Source: Candidatus Micrarchaeia archaeon
Lineage (GTDB): Archaea > Micrarchaeota > Micrarchaeia > Anstonellales > J096
Reading direction: 5' to 3'
DNA: 42,944 bases
NCBI GenBank assembly: GCA_041500405.1
Contig: JBGQMB010000003.1
Span: 1-42,944, forward strand
Shown: positions 27,760 to 36,815 of the stretch, piece after piece
Position numbering within the stretch: position 1 is the first letter of the stretch
How the letters are laid out: each line of letters starts with the position of its first letter
Notes under the pieces: generated by a model
What the model saw: only the letters and a program-made list of their open reading frames with translations
Told to the model about the DNA's origin: nothing
Database searches by the model: none
Program-made: the position numbers and the translations under genes

Positions 27760-29654
27760 CTTATTCTCCTTACCTCCATGTTGAACGGCGCCTCTGCGTG
27801 CACGCCGAGCGTCCTGGAGATGTCGTGGGCGAACTCTTCCGTTTTTCCGTAGTCGCCGTGCATGGTGAAGACCCTGCGCGGCTTCGGCGAGATGTTGCCG
27901 AGCCATGCCATGAGCTGCTTCCTGTCGCTGTGGCCGGAAAACCCTTCAACGGTTTCGACTTCCATCTGTATGCTCATGACCTTTGTTTTTCCGTTCTCGC
28001 CTGGCGCGGATATCTCGCGCACGCCCTGCTGTATCTTGCTTCCAAGCGAGAGCGCGCTCTGATAGCCAACGAAAATCAGCGTGTTGAGCGGGTCTCCCGC
28101 CATCATATGCAGGTACTCTATCACAGGGCCCCCTGAAAGCATGCCTGAGGGCGCGACTATGACACAAGGCTCGCCGTCTATAATCTCCTTTTTGTCCCTG
28201 CCGTATGCCAGCTTTATCATCGGGGACTCGAATGGCGAGTCGTTGCTCAGTATCCTTTTCTGCACAGACGCCCTGAGATAATCGGGGTATGCGGTGTGTA
28301 TCGCGGACGCCTCGAGAATCATGCCGTCTATATAGACAGGGATATTCCATTCCGGATGCCTCCTGTTGTAATCTTCAAGCACAAGCAGTATCTCCTGGCT
28401 CCTTCCGACTGCGAAAACAGGTATCAGGACCTTTCCCTTCCTTTGGATGGTCTTGTTTATGACCGACATCAGCCCCTCCTCGGAATCATTCCTGTTGGAC
28501 ATGAAATCGCCCCTTCCGCCGTAAGTGGATTCCACGAAAATAGTCTCAGCCCTCGGGAAGTTTATGTGCGCAGGGTCGAAAAGCTGGGTGAACCCGAACT
28601 TCATGTCCCCGCTGTAAATCAGGTTGTGCTTTCCCTCCCCGATGTGCAGGTGCGTCACCGCGCTTCCGAGGATGTGCCCGGCGTTGTAGAACGTGAGCTT
28701 CATGTCCGGGGTTATGTCTATGACCTCGTTGTAATCGACAGTTATGGTGTTGTTCAGCTCGGTTTGGATTTCCTTCTTTGTATAGGGCGGCTCTGTGCCC
28801 AGGTATTTTTTGGAAAGCTGTATGTAATCGTTTTGGAGCAGCGCCATAAGGTCCTTCGTTGGCGGCGTCATGTACACAGGCCCCTCGTAGCCGGCCTCGA
28901 AAAGGAACGGCAGGAAGCCGCAGTGGTCCATGTGCGCATGGCTCAGCACAACAGCATCAAGCTCGTTTATCGGGAACCCCAGAAGGTTGATCATTGGGTA
29001 GGCGTCTTCAGGCGCAGATGTTGCGGTGTTGAGGCCGCAGTCTAGCATTATCCTTGAGTTCTTGGTCTGGACAATGAAGCAGCTCCTGCCTATCTCCCTG
29101 AATGCGCCGAGCATGCCTGCCTTTATCCAGGTAACCTCCTGGTGCTCGCCGCCTATCTGCTTTCCTATCCTCAGGAGGAATTTCTTCCTGTCATCCCCCT
29201 TGGCTATCTCGCTCTTCCTGAGGCCGTCAAGCATGGAAGACGGCATTGTTGGCGTGCGCACGACCTCGGGCGCCCATCCGGTCTCCATTATTATGGATTT
29301 GAGGCTCTGGCCCTGCTTGCCTATCACGATGCCCGGCTTGACCGCCTCTATCATTACCCTTGAGAACGGCGCATCGAACCAGATGTTCGTTATGCCGGCC
29401 TGCGGGTCCACAAGCTCGCCTATCCGCGCCTTGGCTTTTTCAATATCCATAAGGAAGCGCTGGTCTGTCCTAAGCAGGACCTTCTTCTTGAGCGAAGAGG
29501 CAAGCCCCCTTATGACATCCCTGGTTTCGTAAACCTGCTTTATGTCCTTGACGTAAATGGCCACATAAGGCCCGAGAAACTCGACCTTGGTTACCTCTAT
29601 GCCTGGAGGCACCAGCTCCTGAATGAGCTTTTCTATCCTATTTTGGACTGTCAT
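27756..29654 (-). CDS. beta-CASP ribonuclease aCPSF1 (FttA)
   Basis: N-terminal KH domains (PGIVIGKQG), SHAHMDHCG, AGHILGS, PVFAVGRSQE, GFSGHSD. Confidence 0.95.
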   Translation of the reverse strand: MTVQNRIEKLIQELVPPGIEVTKVEFLGPYVAIYVKDIKQVYETRDVIRGLASSLKKKVLLRTDQRFLMDIEKAKARIGELVDPQAGITNIWFDAPFSRVMIEAVKPGIVIGKQGQSLKSIIMETGWAPEVVRTPTMPSSMLDGLRKSEIAKGDDRKKFLLRIGKQIGGEHQEVTWIKAGMLGAFREIGRSCFIVQTKNSRIMLDCGLNTATSAPEDAYPMINLLGFPINELDAVVLSHAHMDHCGFLPFLFEAGYEGPVYMTPPTKDLMALLQNDYIQLSKKYLGTEPPYTKKEIQTELNNTITVDYNEVIDITPDMKLTFYNAGHILGSAVTHLHIGEGKHNLIYSGDMKFGFTQLFDPAHINFPRAETIFVESTYGGRGDFMSNRNDSEEGLMSVINKTIQRKGKVLIPVFAVGRSQEILLVLEDYNRRHPEWNIPVYIDGMILEASAIHTAYPDYLRASVQKRILSNDSPFESPMIKLAYGRDKKEIIDGEPCVIVAPSGMLSGGPVIEYLHMMAGDPLNTLIFVGYQSALSLGSKIQQGVREISAPGENGKTKVMSIQMEVETVEGFSGHSDRKQLMAWLGNISPKPRRVFTMHGDYGKTEEFAHDISRTLGVHAEAPFNMEVRRIR

Positions 29655-29732
29655 CTTTTTTCACTTTGTCTGTGTTTTTTCAATTAGAGGATTGCTGAGT
29701 ATCAGTAAAAAAACAAATATACGCCTATTATG

Positions 29733-30377
29733 CTAAAAAAGCTTTATTAACTTTTCTATTTCGTCCTTGGGAACCTTCCTATGGCCGTCTTTTGTTATCG
29801 TTGTCACGTCTATGGATTCGCCTGTCGCCGAGTCCCTTCCCATCGCCGCCCATACGGACTTGACCGCAATCGGGATAAGGTCATCCGTCTTCATGCCCTT
29901 CCTGAATGAGGTGTCTATCACACCGAACGCAACCGGAGAGCCGGACCCTGTTGACGTTTTTGACTCTTCCGTCACGCCGCCGACCATGTCTATGCTGAAC
30001 AGCCTGGGCTTCTCGTCGCATCCGCCCATTATTATCTGTATCCAGAACGGGAAGTACTTGTTGCTTGACAGTATGTTGGCAAGCAGCGTCGCCGCCGCCT
30101 CCACGGAAATCCTCTTCTCGTTCTCCTGCCTGTACTTGACCATCTCCACCCTGAGCCACCTTATCAGCATCTGCGCGTCCCCCACGGAGCCGGCTATGGT
30201 TATGCCGATGTGGTCGTCTATCATGTATATCTTGTCTATGTCCTTGCTGGCTATGAACGTGCCCATTGTCGCCCTCTTGTCTGCGGCAAACACAATCCCG
30301 TCCGTGCCCACAAGGCCGACCGTCGTTGTTCCAGTATGAATGGCTTTTTTCATTTCTTCCGAAGCAGCAGAATCCAT
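29733..30377 (-). CDS. psmB: Proteasome beta subunit
   Basis: Propeptide then TG/TTTVG, AADKRAT, AGSVGDAQ, TGSGS, RDSATG. Confidence 0.95.
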   Translation of the reverse strand: MDSAASEEMKKAIHTGTTTVGLVGTDGIVFAADKRATMGTFIASKDIDKIYMIDDHIGITIAGSVGDAQMLIRWLRVEMVKYRQENEKRISVEAAATLLANILSSNKYFPFWIQIIMGGCDEKPRLFSIDMVGGVTEESKTSTGSGSPVAFGVIDTSFRKGMKTDDLIPIAVKSVWAAMGRDSATGESIDVTTITKDGHRKVPKDEIEKLIKLF

Positions 30378-30614
30378 TTTGACCACAATTGCCAATTGTG
30401 ATGTCTGGTTTAAAAAGATTGGGGATTTGCCTGCGCAACCCGTGTCTTGGCATGGGCATGCGCGCGTTTTCCGGGCTTTTCCTTCCGGTTTTGGAATGCG
30501 GCATCTTAAATTTTTCCATGGCTTGGGACATAGCAATTAAAGCCTTGCGAAGCCCGTGAAAAGATTTATAAAACGGACAAGTTGAAACAGTTCCATAGTT
30601 TCCGGTTGATAGAG

Positions 30615-33101
30615 ATGGATACGCCCTCAAGAGTGCTTTTTGATGAAATGTTCGAATACAGAAGCAAGCTCAGGAGCATGCTGCCGGAAGAGTGGATTTC
30701 GCTTTACAGGAAGACAGTTTATGCGATGCTAGACAAGCTGGAGGGCGGCAAACTTCCGAGCGATGAGAATTACCTGCTCAACAACGACCTCGCAATAAAC
30801 ATCTACAAGAAAAAATACTATTTGAAGAACATAAAGAACGAATATATGGAAAACAGGCCCGAGATGACGTTCGCGCGGGTTAGCTCATTCATAGCCGCGG
30901 TCGAGAACGAAAGCGGCGCGGAAAAATGGGCAGAAATTTTCTACAAGGACATGTTCAACGGGTATTGGCTTCCTGGCGGGAGGATAATCGCTGGCGCCGG
31001 GGACATGTTCAGGACAAAGACCCTTGCCAACTGCTTCGTGATAAAAATCGCGGAAGACAACCTTGAAAGCATATTCACGGCGGCATACGAGGCGGCTAAG
31101 ACATACAGCTACGGCGGCGGGGTTGGCATAGACCTCTCAACGCTCAGGCCCGCGAATGCCATAGTGCACAACGCATCCGCATTCAGCACGGGCGCCGTGA
31201 GCTTCACGGACCTATATAGCCTGACAACCGGCATGATAGGCCAAAGCGGCAGGAGGGGCGCGCTTATGCTCACGCTGGATGTGAAGCACCCTGATATATT
31301 GTCATTCATAGATTTGAAAAACAAGCCCAATTGGGCCACGAACCAGATAATGGACCAGCTGAAGTTTTCCGCGACGCTCAACGACGCGCAGACTGAGAAG
31401 GTGCGCAAGGTTGTGATAGAGAACACGCAGGTGAGGTTCGCGAACCTTAGCATAAAGGTAAGCGACGAGTTCATGAACGCAGTTGTTGAGCAGAACGAGC
31501 ACGGCAGAACCGCCATCCTATTGTATAAGAAGAAAAAGGGAAAGGAAATGCGGATGGACCAGGACAGCGCAAAGGCGCACTACTCGCTCGGCATACCGTC
31601 AAAGCAGCTTGAGGATTATGAGTTCATCCAGAAGTTCGAAAATATCGGCGCGCTTAATGGGCATTTGGAAGAGTACAAGGCAAGCGTGGGCGACGCCGCT
31701 TTCAGGAACGCAGATGAAAGGGATGTTTACGGGGACTATGTGATAGAGCTCAAGGACTTTGATTTTGACCTTGCAGTGAAGGAATCCGGGGATTTCCTGC
31801 TGTATTTCAGCAGCGCCACGACCGGCGTCATCAAGAAACTGCTGAAGGCAAGGGATATCTGGAATAAATTTGTGGAAAGCAACTACAAGAACGCCGAGCC
31901 GGGGCTCATGTTCTGGAGCAGGCTTGTGCAGTTCAGCCCCACCAATTACATAGGCGCGCCCATAATCACGACCAACCCATGCGGCGAGGTTCCGCTTGAG
32001 GACGGCGGCGCGTGCAACCTCGGCAGCATAAACCTGTCAAGGATGGTGAAAAACCCATATACGGACAAGGCTGAGGTGGACTGGAACACGCTTGGGGAAT
32101 CGGTTGACCACCTTACTAGGTTCCTGGACAATATAACTACGTTCAACTCAAGGATGAACCCCCTGGAAAAACAGAAGAAGGCCGCTGAAAACACCCGGAG
32201 GATAGGGCTCGGCACCATGGGAATGGCGGACATGTTCAACCAGCTCGGGCTTGCATATGACAGCGAGGAGGCGCTTTTCGCGCTTGAAAAGGTCATGTCC
32301 TTCCTCGCAAACAGGGCATATTCATACTCGGCGCAGATAGCCAAGGAAAAGGGTTCTTTCAACCTTTTTGACTACAATAAATACTCGAAAAACCCGTTCT
32401 TCATTGAGGCATTGACAGAGGAAACAAAGAAGAAGATAAAGGCGAACGGCCTGAGGAATGCCGGCGTGCTCAGCATAGCGCCTACTGGGACAATATCTAA
32501 CATAGCTGTTGGATACGTGATGAACAACAAGAGATATATCGGCGTGAGCAGCGGCATAGAGCCTGTTTTCGCGCTTTATTACACAAGAAGGAGCGAGAGC
32601 TTCGACAAGACATTCAAGATATTCCAGCCCACTGTGCAGTCTTATATAGACATGAACGGGCTTGCCGCATCCATAGACAAGGCCGAGACAGACGACGCGC
32701 TGATGAACATGCTTCCTGAGTATTTCTTCAAAACGGCCCACAAGATAGACCCATTGATGAGGGTAAGGATGCAGGGCATTGCGCAGAAGTACATAGACCA
32801 CAGCATATCTTCAACAGTCAACCTTCCGGAGGACATTGAGCCCGAGGTCATATCCAACATCTATATTGAAGCCTGGAAGCACGGGCTGAAAGGCATAACC
32901 ATTTATAGGGAGGGGAGCAGGTATCCCATACTTTCCACAACCGGAAAGAAGAGCGAGTTCACGGAATACAAGGACAGGCTGTACAAGCTGAAGATAAACG
33001 GGAATGAGACGATAGCAAAGGGCGACGACGTCATGGTGCTGCCGAACGGGCAGCTGACGACCATATACCACGCGATGAAGAGCGGGGCCATATCTGGGTG
33101 A
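30615..33101 (+). CDS. nrdJ: Class II (B12-dependent) ribonucleotide reductase, catalytic subunit (NrdJa-type)
   Basis: PGGRI, LANCFV, RRGALM, TNPCGEVPL, CNLGSINL, IAPTGTIS, SISSTVNLP, KGITIYR. Confidence 0.93.
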   Translation: MDTPSRVLFDEMFEYRSKLRSMLPEEWISLYRKTVYAMLDKLEGGKLPSDENYLLNNDLAINIYKKKYYLKNIKNEYMENRPEMTFARVSSFIAAVENESGAEKWAEIFYKDMFNGYWLPGGRIIAGAGDMFRTKTLANCFVIKIAEDNLESIFTAAYEAAKTYSYGGGVGIDLSTLRPANAIVHNASAFSTGAVSFTDLYSLTTGMIGQSGRRGALMLTLDVKHPDILSFIDLKNKPNWATNQIMDQLKFSATLNDAQTEKVRKVVIENTQVRFANLSIKVSDEFMNAVVEQNEHGRTAILLYKKKKGKEMRMDQDSAKAHYSLGIPSKQLEDYEFIQKFENIGALNGHLEEYKASVGDAAFRNADERDVYGDYVIELKDFDFDLAVKESGDFLLYFSSATTGVIKKLLKARDIWNKFVESNYKNAEPGLMFWSRLVQFSPTNYIGAPIITTNPCGEVPLEDGGACNLGSINLSRMVKNPYTDKAEVDWNTLGESVDHLTRFLDNITTFNSRMNPLEKQKKAAENTRRIGLGTMGMADMFNQLGLAYDSEEALFALEKVMSFLANRAYSYSAQIAKEKGSFNLFDYNKYSKNPFFIEALTEETKKKIKANGLRNAGVLSIAPTGTISNIAVGYVMNNKRYIGVSSGIEPVFALYYTRRSESFDKTFKIFQPTVQSYIDMNGLAASIDKAETDDALMNMLPEYFFKTAHKIDPLMRVRMQGIAQKYIDHSISSTVNLPEDIEPEVISNIYIEAWKHGLKGITIYREGSRYPILSTTGKKSEFTEYKDRLYKLKINGNETIAKGDDVMVLPNGQLTTIYHAMKSGAISG

Positions 33102-33105
33102 AAAC

Positions 33106-33720
33106 ATGATTGAACTGAAAACCATGGAAGAGGTAAAAATCAAGACCCTGGTGCCTGTGGACCTGGCAAGCGAGAAGCTGGACACCCTCAAGAAGGAGCC
33201 GAGGCAGGACGTGCTCAACGCGAAGGTGTACAAGCTCAAGAGCTCATTCGTGGATTACGCAATCTATATCACGCTCAGCTACAAATTGGATGAAAACGAG
33301 AACAGGATTCCGTATGAAATATTCATCAACTCCAAGGACCTGACAAAGTCAGCGGAATACGCCGTCCTGACAAGGCTGATATCCGCGGTGTTCAGGAGGA
33401 GCGAGGATCCGACATTCATCATAGAGGAATTGAAGTCCATTTACGACCCCAACGGCGGGCATTTCAAGGAGGGGCGCTACTACCCATCGATATACGCGGA
33501 GATAGGGGACATACTGGAAAGGTTCTTCTTTGACATAGGGATAATGAAGAAAAAGGAGAGAAAAACAAATGTCGAGGCCGCGCCCGCCTTCCCGAAGAAG
33601 GATGAGATAAACCTTGAGCTCAAAATCTGCCCGAAGTGCGGCCAGAAGTCGCTTAAGCTGGACAACGGCTGCATGTCGTGCATGAACCCGGACTGCGGGT
33701 ACAGCAAGTGCGACGAGTAG
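33106..33720 (+). CDS. Class II RNR C-terminal subunit (NrdJb/TSCPD-like with Zn ribbon)
   Basis: YITLS, PYEIFINSK, TRLISAVFR, CPKCG...GCMSCMNPDCGYSKC; 4 nt after nrdJ. Confidence 0.88.
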   Translation: MIELKTMEEVKIKTLVPVDLASEKLDTLKKEPRQDVLNAKVYKLKSSFVDYAIYITLSYKLDENENRIPYEIFINSKDLTKSAEYAVLTRLISAVFRRSEDPTFIIEELKSIYDPNGGHFKEGRYYPSIYAEIGDILERFFFDIGIMKKKERKTNVEAAPAFPKKDEINLELKICPKCGQKSLKLDNGCMSCMNPDCGYSKCDE

Positions 33721-33766
33721 GGCGCTGCATCCGCTTTAAATATTTTTTCCTCCATAAATATAGACA

Positions 33767-33842
33767 GGGCCTGTAGCTCAGCCTGGATTAGAGCGACGCT
33801 CTCCTAAGGCGTAGGCCGTGAGTTCAAATCTCACCAGGCCCG
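33767..33842 (+). tRNA. tRNA-Arg(CCT)
   Basis: Acceptor GGGCCTG/CAGGCCC, anticodon arm ACGCT-CTCCTAA-GGCGT, T-arm GTGAG-TTCAAAT-CTCAC; no intron, no encoded CCA. Confidence 0.95.
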
Positions 33843-33843
33843 A

Positions 33844-33886
33844 TCCTTTTTTCTTTAGAAAAGGAAAGCTCCCATGGAAGGAAAAC
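33844..33886 (+). repeat. tRNA-adjacent palindromic element, copy A
   Basis: TCCTTTTTTCTTTAGAAAAGGAAAGCTCCCATGGAAGGAAAAC; 34/43 columns match the reverse complement of 42641-42684. Confidence 0.7.
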
Positions 33887-33908
33887 TGATTTTGGCGCCT
33901 GCTGGCGC

Positions 33909-34700
33909 TTAGTGCCCAAGCAGTTTTTCGGCAGCGTCTATCTGCTCCTTTTTGCCTTCAACGACAAGCCTGCCGTCGCCTTCTCTTGTGACGGTCATTT
34001 GCACGGGCTTGGCTTCAACAACCGCCGCGCCCCCTTCGGGGATTTCTACCGCCACCCCGAAAGCGTCCGACGGCCTGCAGTCGAAGCTGACGCTCCACCT
34101 GCCGTCGTAGCTGAGGCCGATGTAGCCGCGGGCAACAGGGCCAACCCTTCCGGAATCATCAACCCGCCACAAATGCCTAGACTCTGGATTACTTGAATCA
34201 ACTATGTTCCCAAACGGTATGCCGTGCTTTGAATCTATAAGATACCAGCCGTCTTTTTCAGGGAATTCGAGGACAATATCAATGACGTTTGGCTTGACTA
34301 GGATTTCTTTTCCATTCACTTCAATTGTATAGTCTGGGTGCTCTGAAACCAGGATGGCGTTCTTCTCATTTCCATAATTCCCTACCGGGAATATCCAGCG
34401 CTCTTTTGTTTCCGGGTCAGTGTACACTATCGCGTTTGACTCCTGGCTGAACATTTTGCTTTTGTTGAACGCTTTTCCTGACTCAACATAAGCTGTCATC
34501 GTGCCTGTCCAGCACGGGAAAACTTTAATTATTGATTTGTATTCCTCTTCTGCAAGCGCCTTACCGATTCTTGCGTTTGAGGCGATTACGTGCCCTGCCT
34601 CGCCGACCTTCCTTATGGCGTCGCGCGCAGAAAGGCCGTTGCCGTTTGTCCTGAATATTTCCAGGCTCTTCCCTCTTATCAGTTGGACTGTTTCTGCCAT
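33909..34700 (-). CDS. Hypothetical protein, candidate DGR target with a variable-region signature near the C-terminus
   Basis: 263 aa from ATG 34700; segment ARGYIGLSYDGRWSVSFDCRPSDAFGV encoded almost entirely by NNC codons. Confidence 0.7.
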   Translation of the reverse strand: MAETVQLIRGKSLEIFRTNGNGLSARDAIRKVGEAGHVIASNARIGKALAEEEYKSIIKVFPCWTGTMTAYVESGKAFNKSKMFSQESNAIVYTDPETKERWIFPVGNYGNEKNAILVSEHPDYTIEVNGKEILVKPNVIDIVLEFPEKDGWYLIDSKHGIPFGNIVDSSNPESRHLWRVDDSGRVGPVARGYIGLSYDGRWSVSFDCRPSDAFGVAVEIPEGGAAVVEAKPVQMTVTREGDGRLVVEGKKEQIDAAEKLLGH

Positions 34701-34796
34701 GGATATGAATGTGCGCCAAAGTCTTTTTAAATATATCTTTAAACACGTTTTACCACAGCTGAAAAGGGTGAAAATCAGGTATGGCGCCTTAAATGC

Positions 34797-34881
34797 TTTT
34801 CTTTCCCCAAGAAGCTTTTTCTTAAAAAGCTTCAGCAAAAAATACCTTCAGTTTTTCCCTGGGTTTTTTCTTAAAAAGCCC
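34797..34881 (-). repeat. Two tandem palindromic elements (core TTTTTCTTAAAAAGC) related to the tRNA-adjacent element
   Basis: Perfect hairpin GAAGCTTTTT-CTT-AAAAAGCTTC at 34811-34833 and near-perfect GGGTTTTTT-CTT-AAAAAGCCC at 34861-34881. Confidence 0.7.
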
Positions 34882-34894
34882 AAAAGAAGCTACT

Positions 34895-36472
34895 TTAGAA
34901 ATAGTCGTTCATCGACCTTTGCGAGCCGCTTTTTTCCTTGACATCTTTGGTTTCGACTACCCTCGCCTTGCGCTTGGGCTTGCTGGCTTCCATTTCCCTG
35001 TGCTCCTTTGAGATCCGCTCCCTGTCCTTGCGCTTTGATATGAGCTCCTCGTTCAGTATGTCCATCAGGCTGTACATCTTTGATTCTTTCCTGTTGGACG
35101 CCCAATGGTATGCCTCGTCCCTGGTCCCTTTTGTTATTAGTATGAAGACCTCCCCTTTGTGCGCCCTGCCTGTCCTTCCCTTCCGCTGGATCAGCCTTAT
35201 CTCGCTTGGCACAGGCTCGTAGAAGATGACTGCGTCCGTGCTCGGTATGTCTATGCCCTCCTCGCCGATGCTTGACGCAACAAGGACATTGAACTTCCCT
35301 TCGCGGAAATCCTGGAGCGTCTGCTCCTGCTGCTGCCTGCTGTACTCTTTGCGCTTGCCGATGAAGAAATGCGCCGGATATCCTTTCTTGGTCAGCAAAT
35401 CCGCAAGGTATTTCGCCTGCTCGACAAACTGGACAAAGACCATGCACTTCTTTCCGCGCAGTTCCTTCCCGAACATGGAGACGAGCTTGTCAACTTTCGG
35501 GTGCTCCTCCCCGCTTTCCATCATCCTGTTCATGAGCTGGCGCGCCTCGATGAATTCCTTGCTCGCCATCATCTCGCGGATGGACTTTTTGTCGCCTTTC
35601 TCGCTTATCAGGTTGGAGACAAAACGGAAAGTGGAAAATATTCCTTCAGTCTCGAACAGGGTAATGACATGGTCCAGGTTGAGTATGATTGAATAAAGCA
35701 TGAACATCCTGTACCTGATGTTGGATTTGACCTTCGAGATGACATCCCCAAGCTGGGACAGAAGCGCCCTTTTCATAACAACAGGAAGGCCTGTCGCGCG
35801 CAGGGCTTCGATATATCTCTGCTCCATGCCCCTAAGGAGCATCTGCACGCGCCTCATTTCCGGCGGAAGGGAAACATATATCCAATTAAAGTCCTTCTTG
35901 TGGACATATTCAGAAACGTCGTCATCGTCGTCTTTCCTGTACTCAATATACTCTATGCCCAACAGGCTAATTATCTCAATTACCTTGGCCCTGTCGCTTC
36001 CCGGAGAGGCGGTCATGCCGATTTTTCTGCATGATTCTGAAATGTTTTTTGCTATGAACGCATATGCATAGTTTCCTATCGCCCTATGGCACTCGTCAAA
36101 AACAACAAGGTCGAATGAAGACAATATGTTAGGCTCCTTTTCAGCATCTTTCTGTATTGTCTGCGGCGTTGCAAACACGTATTTTTTCGCGTATAGCTCG
36201 CTGCGTTCCTTTGCCTTTATTTCCCCGGTCAAAAGTATTGCGTCGTCCTTGTTCGCATCTGTTTGGGAAAGGAAGGATTTCATATGCTGCTTGCAAAGCG
36301 GCTTTGTGGGCGCGAGAAAAAGGGCTTTCTTGAAACTGCACATCGCGGAAAATGCTATAATGGTCTTTCCAAGGCCGGTCGGCAGTACAACCAAGGTGTT
36401 GTAATCGACGCAGGTTGCGGCGATTTTTTCCTGGTATTTCCTCAAAGGCACTAGAAGGGAGACAGACCCCAT
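34895..36472 (-). CDS. Hef/Mph1(FANCM)-type DEAH helicase lacking the ERCC4 nuclease domain
   Basis: LPTGLGKT, DECHRAIGNYAY, MTASPG, EEGIDIP, IQRKGRTGR; ends QRSMNDYF (PIP-box-like). Confidence 0.9.
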   Translation of the reverse strand: MGSVSLLVPLRKYQEKIAATCVDYNTLVVLPTGLGKTIIAFSAMCSFKKALFLAPTKPLCKQHMKSFLSQTDANKDDAILLTGEIKAKERSELYAKKYVFATPQTIQKDAEKEPNILSSFDLVVFDECHRAIGNYAYAFIAKNISESCRKIGMTASPGSDRAKVIEIISLLGIEYIEYRKDDDDDVSEYVHKKDFNWIYVSLPPEMRRVQMLLRGMEQRYIEALRATGLPVVMKRALLSQLGDVISKVKSNIRYRMFMLYSIILNLDHVITLFETEGIFSTFRFVSNLISEKGDKKSIREMMASKEFIEARQLMNRMMESGEEHPKVDKLVSMFGKELRGKKCMVFVQFVEQAKYLADLLTKKGYPAHFFIGKRKEYSRQQQEQTLQDFREGKFNVLVASSIGEEGIDIPSTDAVIFYEPVPSEIRLIQRKGRTGRAHKGEVFILITKGTRDEAYHWASNRKESKMYSLMDILNEELISKRKDRERISKEHREMEASKPKRKARVVETKDVKEKSGSQRSMNDYF

Positions 36473-36527
36473 AATTCCACTACTTTGAGCAAAACATTAT
36501 AAAGTCTTTTAGTCAGTTAATGTTACT

Positions 36528-36815
36528 ATGGTTACATATAACAATAAAATAATAATTTACGATATAAAATATACAAACAAAAAAGAATATAACAGAACAA
36601 AACGCCTTTTTTATTATCATATTAAGAAAATAAAAAACATCAGATATCTTACAAAATCAGCGCTGATTACTGATGATGAACGTGAAATATTAAATTTAAT
36701 TTATAAATTCAAGAATATAAATGCTTTTATTATAAATTCAGATTCAATAAATGAAATTAATAGGGGAACTTTAACCCCCCTCTCTTACAAATCCACAAAC
36801 AACAGGGAAATCTAG
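36528..36815 (+). CDS. AT-rich small protein, Cas2/VapD-like fold candidate
   Basis: IIIYDI, basic helix, then LTKSAL; TATA-like TTATAAA upstream. Confidence 0.5.
   Translation: MVTYNNKIIIYDIKYTNKKEYNRTKRLFYYHIKKIKNIRYLTKSALITDDEREILNLIYKFKNINAFIINSDSINEINRGTLTPLSYKSTNNREI

Noticed and set aside
30380-30600. GC-rich intergenic stretch upstream of the B12-dependent RNR as a cobalamin riboswitch or ncRNA
   Set aside because: No B12-box or other conserved riboswitch motifs recognised; only weak pairing potential
31490-31785. Intein in nrdJ
   Set aside because: No Cys/Ser start, His-Asn end or endonuclease motifs
33820-34890. Classical tRNA-integrated island with a duplicated tRNA 3' end
   Set aside because: No second copy of the tRNA-Arg 3' sequence was found downstream
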